Source: a virus. From it: a stretch of 64,000 nucleotides of DNA. The stretch is from the IMG/VR virus record IMGVR_UViG_3300027971_000031, positions 1 to 64,000 of that record. One strand, 5' to 3'. The position numbers were made by a program, and so were the translations under genes. Shown here piece by piece: positions 26,872 through 34,880 of this stretch. The notes beneath the pieces were generated by a model. That model was not told the DNA's origin. It saw only the letters and a program-made list of their open reading frames with translations, and ran no database searches. Each line of letters begins with the position of its first letter. Within the stretch, counting starts at the first letter, position 1.

Positions 26872-27269
26872 TGGAGATAGGCGGATTCGAACCGCCGTCT
26901 TGCCCATCTTGACAATAAATGACTACACGCTTAGGTCAAGGTTTTTCATACCTTCCGAAATATCTGAATTCTCACACCGTTCAGTCACGGTGGTAGGACT
27001 TAAGGATGCCCTACACCCTGTTTGTTCCTTTTAAGATAGAAACCACATCTTACAAAGACTTCTGTTCCTGGGTTAATGTCTTTTCGACCCGATGGTTTTT
27101 CCTAATTGCTCAGGCTGTAACCGTAGCATCTTCACGAACTAATCCGATTGCTGCCATTTTGTTTAAAACGTTGCCGTTTAATTTTTATCTCCGTAGATTT
27201 AAGTGATAGGAAACTTCTCACTGCGTGCCACGTATCCCCAACTATGTCAATCGATACCAGTGTACCCCC
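26872..27269 (-). ncRNA. ssrA: tmRNA
   Basis: 5' GGGGGTACACTGGTATCGA; 3' GACGGCGGTTCGAATCCGCCTATCTCCA; G3:U70; internal tag ORF 27175-27110. Confidence 0.92.
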
Positions 27270-27288
27270 ATATTTTCAAAGAACATTA

Positions 27289-27369
27289 AAATCACTTTCG
27301 CCCCCTGTATAGACATAACGTCAGATGCTTAAGGTCAGCCTTAACTATTAAGGGAGCCACCCGTGATTT
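27289..27369 (-). ncRNA. unassigned structured RNA upstream of tmRNA
   Basis: aaatcac/gtgattt closing stem; lies between promoter (27376-83) and boxA (27273-85). Confidence 0.4.
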
Positions 27370-29243
27370 GTTATACAAAGATAAGTATAAATATGAATAT
27401 TCCAAACAGAATTGGTATTTATAGTAAAAAATATCCTGTGATTATAGTTGAAGGTAAAAAGGAAGATGTTGCGAAACGACTTAAACAAAGGTTTGAGTAT
27501 GATGGTCCATTCATAGACAGGATATTAAATGTCGACCCCACAAAATACAAGTACGTTGAATACATTGCGAAGAAACTTGAAAAAATTATACCTGAATTAG
27601 CGGGTGAAAGGGGTGGATTGAATGTTCAACAGGGAGAAGCTCTACAAGATTTATTTGGAACAATCATTCCTTGGTTCCATGCAAATGTTAATAGAATCAC
27701 TGAAGATGATGTTTGGACTGCTGAAACGGCATTTAGAAACGACATGAACAATAGTTATGTTGTACCAAATATTGAGGGGATTGCTCGTTCACCAAAAGAC
27801 ATCAATCAATATGAAAACCCACAATTCATTAAAAAGTTGATGAATACTATTGATGCAAGAAAAACTCAAAGGGAAATTGAAAGGGAGATTAAAACTCAAG
27901 CCGATAAGATTTATGAAGATAATGATGTCTTAGTTGTTAGGCCTAAATCACATGCGGCATCATGTTATTATGGTGCCAATACAAAATGGTGTACAACACA
28001 AACGGGAAACCCTGGTTATTTTGAAAAGTATTTCAGAGATGGAAACTTATATTATTTCTTAAATAAAAAAACCAATAATAAACTTGCACTATATCGAAAC
28101 AAAAGTCAAAGACAAACCGAAGTATATGATGCTCAGGACCGAAATATTTCTATAGAAATTTTAAGAGAATCGTTTCCAAATCAAATCGAACTTATTGACG
28201 ATTTACTTGGTATAGGTGAATTTATTAAAAAATTAAGAGAATTCTCAAAAGGTAAAATTGATTCCCGTGAATTGGAAGATTCTGATGATGCAATTCTTCA
28301 GGTTAAGGTTTCAGACATATTAGGTCAAAGTGCTATTGTAATTGATTTTGGCGATGATGAAAAATTCTTTAAAAATTTTGATGTAAGTGAAGATGATATG
28401 TGGTTCATGAACTCAATAAATTCAAGTTATAGCGATTATGAATTTATTGATTCTTATACTGTTGAAGAGGATTGGAAAGAAGGATATATTGTTTTTGGTG
28501 ATTTGAATGATGAAAATAATGAAAAATTAAAACAAATTGGAGAAATTTTAATATCATCAAAAGAGTTTAATTTAAATAGTGAGGAATATAGACAAGAGTT
28601 ATCGGCAACATTATTAGATTTATTTGAAAGGGAAATCGATAACATTCTTAGTGATTATTTTGTGGAAAAAAATAGAGAAATGAGTGTTACTGCCAGAGAA
28701 TCTATTGAAAAAGAAATTAACAACGTTTTAGAATCTGCAGGATTTACACTTAAAAGAAGCTACAATGAAATCGTGACAACACCGGCAAATCTACTAATGT
28801 GGTCTGCAAGACTTGGAATTAATAAAAGTGATGTTATTTCATTATTTAACCAAATTGTTGAAAACAATGGTGGTAGTATTGGTGGATGGGCTGAAGACCA
28901 ATATGAATATCAGGATTCTGATAATTTTGATAGTGATTCATTCAACAACGAAGTTGAAAGACAACTAGATTCAATTATTGAAAAATTAGATGAGGATGTA
29001 AATGTCACGGAGTTTTTGGAATTTAGAAAAAAAATATTATCTAAATATGATATAGGTAAGGTGTATGAATTACCAAAAGATAAATCATTAAAATTTAGAA
29101 TTAACAATTTTGACAAAGACAACATTCAAGTTGTTGTTGAAATAGGCGGACCAAAAGGAGTTATTACTCGTAAATTTAATGAAGAACAATTCAATAATTT
29201 ATTATATCAACCAGAATTATTTGATTTATTTGGTGAAGTGTAA
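27363..29243 (+). CDS. hypothetical protein, paralog of 25302-26816 (true start may be GTG ~27438)
   Basis: KDINQY and ASCYYGANTKWCTT motifs. Confidence 0.7.
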   Translation: MICYTKISINMNIPNRIGIYSKKYPVIIVEGKKEDVAKRLKQRFEYDGPFIDRILNVDPTKYKYVEYIAKKLEKIIPELAGERGGLNVQQGEALQDLFGTIIPWFHANVNRITEDDVWTAETAFRNDMNNSYVVPNIEGIARSPKDINQYENPQFIKKLMNTIDARKTQREIEREIKTQADKIYEDNDVLVVRPKSHAASCYYGANTKWCTTQTGNPGYFEKYFRDGNLYYFLNKKTNNKLALYRNKSQRQTEVYDAQDRNISIEILRESFPNQIELIDDLLGIGEFIKKLREFSKGKIDSRELEDSDDAILQVKVSDILGQSAIVIDFGDDEKFFKNFDVSEDDMWFMNSINSSYSDYEFIDSYTVEEDWKEGYIVFGDLNDENNEKLKQIGEILISSKEFNLNSEEYRQELSATLLDLFEREIDNILSDYFVEKNREMSVTARESIEKEINNVLESAGFTLKRSYNEIVTTPANLLMWSARLGINKSDVISLFNQIVENNGGSIGGWAEDQYEYQDSDNFDSDSFNNEVERQLDSIIEKLDEDVNVTEFLEFRKKILSKYDIGKVYELPKDKSLKFRINNFDKDNIQVVVEIGGPKGVITRKFNEEQFNNLLYQPELFDLFGEV

Positions 29244-29264
29244 ATAATTTTCTATATTTGCTCT

Positions 29265-30104
29265 ATGGAACAAAATTTAGAATTACTTAAAGCCGTTTTG
29301 AGCGTGCCTACCGCAACGTATCACGAAGACAAAATGGTTGCATTTTTGGTTAATTGGTTAACTGAAAATAATATTGAACACTACGTAGATGAATATAAGA
29401 ACGTCTATGCAACAAAACAAGAATCCAAAGAACTTCCTGAAGGTTTTTATTTCCCATGTGTAATTTCACATACAGATACGGTACACGGACTTAACGATAT
29501 TAATATTCGTGAAGAAATGTTACCAAACGCACAAAAAGAAATTAAATTGTCTTATAAGGCATACGATAATGATGGTACTCCAACAGGTATTGGTGGTGAT
29601 GATAAATGTGGCGTATTTGCATGTCTAACACTATTAAAAGAATTACCTTATGTTAAGGCAGCATTCTTTGTATCTGAAGAAACAGGATGTCATGGTTCCA
29701 TGAAAGCCGATTCAACCTTCTTTGAAAATGTTGGTTATGGGATTCAATTTGATGCACCTGAGAACTGGATGATTACAGAAAAATGTTTTGGTCAAGTTTT
29801 GTTTGATAGGGAGACAGAATTCTTTGATGCTTGTGATGAGGTATTAACTGAAGGAATGGGTAATAGAATGAGATACATGGTTCACCCCTACACTGACGTA
29901 TATGCGTTAAGAGGTAAGTTTGACTTCTCTTGTATTAACTTCTCAATTGGATACTACCAATACCACACAAGCCATGAATACGTCGTTGTTGAAGACGTAA
30001 TTAATGGTATCGACATGGGTAAGAAAATGATTGATAAACTTGGTCATAAATTACACTATAAAGAAATGGTTGAACATGGTTGGAAATCCAAATGGGTTTT
30101 TTAA
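29265..30104 (+). CDS. zinc peptidase, M20/M28 family
   Basis: SHTDTVH, GGDDKCG, SEETGCHGS, YHTSHE. Confidence 0.85.
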   Translation: MEQNLELLKAVLSVPTATYHEDKMVAFLVNWLTENNIEHYVDEYKNVYATKQESKELPEGFYFPCVISHTDTVHGLNDINIREEMLPNAQKEIKLSYKAYDNDGTPTGIGGDDKCGVFACLTLLKELPYVKAAFFVSEETGCHGSMKADSTFFENVGYGIQFDAPENWMITEKCFGQVLFDRETEFFDACDEVLTEGMGNRMRYMVHPYTDVYALRGKFDFSCINFSIGYYQYHTSHEYVVVEDVINGIDMGKKMIDKLGHKLHYKEMVEHGWKSKWVF

Positions 30105-30856
30105 ATAAAGTTTTCTAACTTATCTAAATGTCTTTTAATCATCGGGTGGTCTTGAATATCAGTATATTCCTCACCCGATTTTTTTATTTGTTTAATTCCG
30201 TTTACAATTTGTTGTAAAGACATCATCACCATTTTTGATGCAAAAGGATAGTTTTCAATGTATAGAGATAATGTGAATTGTGTTTTGGCAACATCAATTG
30301 GTATGTTTAATTTAATTACTAATTTTGCAATCATTTCTTTTGCAAATCTATCGGCATCTAATTCTAAATCCCAGTAATTTCTTGATAATTCTTCAAAATC
30401 TTCTAAATCGCCTGTTAGTGGGTTTTCTAATTTAAGGTTTGTCATTTGTTCTTCATGTCTTATCTCATGAAAAATTGTATAAATAAAATCACCAATAGTT
30501 TTTATATTCATTGGAGAACATATTATTATTTGGTCTTTGGTTCTAACACCAGCAAATCCAGTTGAACATGAGTTAAGAAACTTAACGGTAAAGTTGTGGT
30601 CTTGGATGTAGTTCACAACAAACTTTTCAATAACATCAACTTTAGATTTTAATTCTTCAGGAAAATTATTTTTAAATTTTTCCAATAATCTGTTTAAATT
30701 AGATTGAGATTTTGGTGTGTTATCGTGACCACATTTGTGGCACATATATAAGTCATCACCACCATCAGAAATATCCCATGACCATCCACATTTGTCACAA
30801 ATTACTTCTTTATTTGTTACAGTTTCTATGATAATTCTCCTGATTAAATCTTTCAT
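30101..30856 (-). CDS. zinc-ribbon plus HExxH metallopeptidase-like protein
   Basis: CDKCG..CHKCG; FHEIRH...ELDADRFA. Confidence 0.65.
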   Translation of the reverse strand: MKDLIRRIIIETVTNKEVICDKCGWSWDISDGGDDLYMCHKCGHDNTPKSQSNLNRLLEKFKNNFPEELKSKVDVIEKFVVNYIQDHNFTVKFLNSCSTGFAGVRTKDQIIICSPMNIKTIGDFIYTIFHEIRHEEQMTNLKLENPLTGDLEDFEELSRNYWDLELDADRFAKEMIAKLVIKLNIPIDVAKTQFTLSLYIENYPFASKMVMMSLQQIVNGIKQIKKSGEEYTDIQDHPMIKRHLDKLENFI

Positions 30857-30901
30857 TAAATATAAATATAAAAAAAGGGGGAATAAATCCCCCCTTCTTA
30901 A

Positions 30902-32917
30902 TTAACGTCCTTTCTTTTGGATAATCACTTCTTCATCCACTACTTTGATGAGATAGGTTTTACCCTCAATCATCTTACCAGTTAGAACTTCTTCAGACAA
31001 TAGGTCTTCGACCTTATCCTGAATAGCTCTTTTCAATGGACGAGCTCCGTACAATTCATCGTACCCAATCTTTGCCAAGTATTCAACCAAAGATTCGTCG
31101 TAAGTAATATTGTACTTCATGTCTACAAGACGAGTCATCAACTTCTTCAATTCGATGTCTGTAATCTTCTTGATGTCTTCTTTACCCAACGAGTTGAATA
31201 CAACTGTATCATCAATACGATTAATGAACTCAGGTGAGAAGAAGTTTTTCATTTCCTTCATCAACAATTGTTTCTTAGCTTCTTCATTACTATATGAATT
31301 ACTTGAGAAACCAATACCTGTTCCAAAGTCTTGTAGTTTCTTAACACCCAAGTTTGATGTCAAGATAATCAAGGTATTCTTGAAGTTAATCTTACGACCC
31401 AAACTGTCGGTTACGTGACCATCATCCAAAATTTGAAGTAGGATGGTGAACACATCTTTGTGAGCCTTTTCAACCTCATCGAATAGGATTACAGAATAAG
31501 GTTTGTTTTTAACTTTCTCAGTTAACAATCCACCTTCTTCATAACCTACGTATCCTGGAGGGGCTCCAACCAATTTAGATACTGTGTGTTTCTCTTGGTA
31601 CTCAGACATGTCGACACGAATAAGAGCATCTTCGGAACCGAACATTTCTTTTGCCAATTGTTTTGCCAAATAGGTCTTACCAACACCTGTTGAACCCAAG
31701 AATACGAACGAACCAATTGGACGATTAGGGTCTTTGATACCCAAACGATTTCTCTTGATTGCTTTTGCAATGGTAACCACTGCATTGTTTTGACCGATAA
31801 CTTTGTCAATCAAAGTTTTGTCCAAGTCCAACAAAGCTTTGGTGTCATCCACACTCATTTTACTTACAGGGATTTTCGTCATGTTTGATACAACATCATA
31901 AACATGTTCCAATAAGATGAGTTGTTTTTCTTTGGACAACTTTTCCTCAAACTTTAACTTTTCTTGGTCCAACTTAACCAACAACTTTTTCTCTTTGTCT
32001 CTAAGTTCTGCCGCTTGTTCGTAGTTTTGTTTTTTAACTACTTCTAATTTTTGAACTTTAATTTCTGCGGCCCTTTTCTTCAACTCCTCAATTGCTTCAG
32101 GAGTCTTTAACTCGGTCTGCATTCTTGCCCCAACCTCATCCAAGATGTCAAACGCTTTATCAGGGAACTCACGGTCCGTGATATAACGGTCTGCCAACTT
32201 AACACAAGTCTCGATTACTTCATCGCTGTAATTCACCTTGTGGAAATCTTCGTATTTGTCACGAACATTCTTAAGGATTTGAATTGTTTCTTCAACTGAT
32301 GATGGTTCAACAATTACCTTTTGGAAACGACGCTCCAATGCCCCATCTTTTTCAATGTTCTTACGGAACTCATCTAATGTAGTTGCTCCGATACATTGAA
32401 CTTCCCCACGTGCCAATGCGGGTTTAAAGATGTTTGAACCGTCCATTGAACCTGAAGAGTTACCTGAACCAACCAAAGTGTGAATCTCATCGATGAATAC
32501 GATGATGTTCGGGTTTGCTTGAAGTTCTTCGATAATCACCTTCATACGTTCCTCAAATTGTCCACGATACTTTGTACCGGCAACTACTGAAGTTAAGTCA
32601 AGATTGACGATACGTTTGTCAACCAAATTACGAGGACAATCACCGTTTACGATTTTAATTGCCAATCCTTCAACTAATGCAGTTTTACCACAACCAGGTT
32701 CTCCAAGGATAATCGGGTTATTTTTCTTTCTACGAGAAAGGATTTGAGCAATCCTCAAGATTTCTCTGTCACGACCAATAACGGGGTCAAGTTTACCTGC
32801 TTCAGCTAGTTTCATTAAATCTCTACTGAAATTGTCTAACACGGGTGTGTTTGATTCTGCAGATGATTTAGTTTTTTTGTTCATCATTTTGTCGTCGTCG
32901 TCCATTAAGTCGTTCAT
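30902..32917 (-). CDS. clpC: ClpC-type AAA+ chaperone lacking the N-terminal Clp-repeat domain
   Basis: two Walker A motifs (GEPGCGKT, GSTGVGKT), UVR-type M-domain (QNYEQAAELRD), GAPPGYVGYEEGG. Confidence 0.92.
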   Translation of the reverse strand: MNDLMDDDDKMMNKKTKSSAESNTPVLDNFSRDLMKLAEAGKLDPVIGRDREILRIAQILSRRKKNNPIILGEPGCGKTALVEGLAIKIVNGDCPRNLVDKRIVNLDLTSVVAGTKYRGQFEERMKVIIEELQANPNIIVFIDEIHTLVGSGNSSGSMDGSNIFKPALARGEVQCIGATTLDEFRKNIEKDGALERRFQKVIVEPSSVEETIQILKNVRDKYEDFHKVNYSDEVIETCVKLADRYITDREFPDKAFDILDEVGARMQTELKTPEAIEELKKRAAEIKVQKLEVVKKQNYEQAAELRDKEKKLLVKLDQEKLKFEEKLSKEKQLILLEHVYDVVSNMTKIPVSKMSVDDTKALLDLDKTLIDKVIGQNNAVVTIAKAIKRNRLGIKDPNRPIGSFVFLGSTGVGKTYLAKQLAKEMFGSEDALIRVDMSEYQEKHTVSKLVGAPPGYVGYEEGGLLTEKVKNKPYSVILFDEVEKAHKDVFTILLQILDDGHVTDSLGRKINFKNTLIILTSNLGVKKLQDFGTGIGFSSNSYSNEEAKKQLLMKEMKNFFSPEFINRIDDTVVFNSLGKEDIKKITDIELKKLMTRLVDMKYNITYDESLVEYLAKIGYDELYGARPLKRAIQDKVEDLLSEEVLTGKMIEGKTYLIKVVDEEVIIQKKGR

Positions 32918-33106
32918 ATTTTTTAATTGTTTTACAAATTAACGTCAAATTTCATACACATCCAAATATTTTGACAAATTGTCATAATAATTTTTTTAAC
33001 CTGACATAATGTCATAGATTAATTGAAATTATGTCTTATATTTATCATCGGTATGATACTTGACAATAACAAAGATAATGAATAAATTTAAATAAAACAA
33101 AAAAAT

Positions 33107-33511
33107 ATGTTTAACAGAAGAAAATTTAACCTTAACATTGACGACCTAATGGCTCGTTACGACAAAATGATGGAAGATTTCAATAAACAGGATTGGGAAA
33201 CCAAAACTTTTGAATCTGCAGATGGAAATTACAAATACACCAGTTATGTAAAGGTGTTTGATTTATCTAACTTAGATGATGACAACTCAAAAAAAATGGA
33301 TAAAGAAGAATACCTTAAGATTAAACTTAACAGGGCAATTGAAATGGAAGATTTTGAAGAAGCCGTTAAGTTGAGAGACCAAATTAAAAATTTGGGCACC
33401 AATCAAGAAGAAATTGAAAAACTTGAATTGGAATTAAAACAATCAATTGAAAAACAAAACTTTGAAAAATCAATTGAGATTCGAGACCAATTAAGAAAAT
33501 TAAAGTCTTAA
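33107..33511 (+). CDS. UVR-motif protein, putative Clp adaptor
   Basis: AIEMEDFEEAVKLRDQIK and SIEKQNFEKSIEIRDQLR. Confidence 0.75.
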   Translation: MFNRRKFNLNIDDLMARYDKMMEDFNKQDWETKTFESADGNYKYTSYVKVFDLSNLDDDNSKKMDKEEYLKIKLNRAIEMEDFEEAVKLRDQIKNLGTNQEEIEKLELELKQSIEKQNFEKSIEIRDQLRKLKS

Positions 33512-33555
33512 CATAATAACCCTCACCAAACAGTGGGGGTTTTATATTTATAAAC

Positions 33556-33888
33556 ATGAAACCATACGAAATATATTTGAATGAGTCGTTCACGTTGAAA
33601 AAAATACTTGAGACGTATCTTGAGTTACGACAACATTTTCAAGAGCTGGAACTTAGTGAAGACCAATTAGAAAAGCCACCAATACATACTCCAAATATGA
33701 TGAGATTATTTCACAAATTTGGTGATGAAAGGGACACTTTACTTAATGATGCCAAATCTTATGGTTTTGATATGAGTTTTGATGAGTTAACTGATTATCT
33801 AAAACCATTATTAAAAAAAATAAACGAATTAACACCACTTAAAGAAAATGGGAATAATAAAAGAAGAAATCGATGGGACGAAGATTAA
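33556..33888 (+). CDS. hypothetical protein
   Basis: ORF track; late-type motif upstream. Confidence 0.55.
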   Translation: MKPYEIYLNESFTLKKILETYLELRQHFQELELSEDQLEKPPIHTPNMMRLFHKFGDERDTLLNDAKSYGFDMSFDELTDYLKPLLKKINELTPLKENGNNKRRNRWDED

Positions 33889-34090
33889 AAATGTAATTAA
33901 ATCTTCAAATATTAAATCAACAGAATACGATACAGAATCAAAAGATTTGGTCGTAGAATTCAATAACGGAGCCAAATACAAGTACGACAACGTACCTCAC
34001 CAAGTATATACAAAGTTCAGATTGGCAGAATCACAAGGTAAATTTTTCACTACCGACATCGCAAAACAATATTCATATAAAAAAGTTTAA
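33848..34090 (+). CDS. KTSC-domain protein
   Basis: SSNIKSTEYD...LVVEFNNGAKYKYDNVP...AESQGKFF. Confidence 0.9.
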   Translation: MGIIKEEIDGTKIKNVIKSSNIKSTEYDTESKDLVVEFNNGAKYKYDNVPHQVYTKFRLAESQGKFFTTDIAKQYSYKKV

Positions 34091-34111
34091 TTAGCGGACT
34101 ATTTATTAAGG

Positions 34112-34855
34112 ATGAACAATTTTCAAAAAATCCTTAATAGTTTTTCGGTTAAAGATACTTTAAATCCGAAAGTTTGGGAAAATCCAAAAAATCCTGACAA
34201 TGCGGTTATGATACCAAAGGTCAGAAAGGCTCTTATGCTCATCGCTGAAAAGTTTATTGATTATTTGGGTGATGAAGTTTTTGTTGAGGATATTCATCTT
34301 ACAGGTTCATTATCAAATTATAATTGGTCGGAATTTTCAGATTTTGATTTACACGTAATTGTTGATTTACAACAATATGAAAATCAATCGGAACTATATA
34401 AGGAATTATTCAATTTAAAAAAACAAGTGTTTAACGATAAACATGATATTCGAATATTTGGATATGATGTTGAACTTTATGCTCAAGATGCTGAAGAATC
34501 ACATTATAGCTCAGGAGTTTATTCAATTATGAATAATGAATGGATTTCAGAACCAAAAAAATTCAAAAATAATGTTGATAAAGAAGTCTTAACAAAAAAG
34601 ATTGAATGTTGGACAGAAAAGATTGATACCGCAATTGAAGAGGGTAAAGATTTGGAAAAAATCAAAGAAAAATTAAAAGAATATAGACAGTCAGGACTTG
34701 AAAAAGATGGTGAATTATCTTATGAAAATCTTGTCTTTAAATTCTTAAGAAGGTCGGGACATATTGAAAAATTGTTTGATACCGCAAATAAAGAAACTGA
34801 TAAAGAGTTGTCCGTTGAAAGAACAATTCAAGAATATTCAAATAATTCACATTAA
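34112..34855 (+). CDS. Pol-beta-superfamily nucleotidyltransferase
   Basis: LTGSLSNYNWSEFSDFDLHV...VELY. Confidence 0.8.
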   Translation: MNNFQKILNSFSVKDTLNPKVWENPKNPDNAVMIPKVRKALMLIAEKFIDYLGDEVFVEDIHLTGSLSNYNWSEFSDFDLHVIVDLQQYENQSELYKELFNLKKQVFNDKHDIRIFGYDVELYAQDAEESHYSSGVYSIMNNEWISEPKKFKNNVDKEVLTKKIECWTEKIDTAIEEGKDLEKIKEKLKEYRQSGLEKDGELSYENLVFKFLRRSGHIEKLFDTANKETDKELSVERTIQEYSNNSH

Positions 34856-34880
34856 TCGTATATTTATTAAGAAAAATTAA

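Noticed and set aside
27006-27206. 66-aa plus-strand ORF
   Set aside because: It is antisense to tmRNA.
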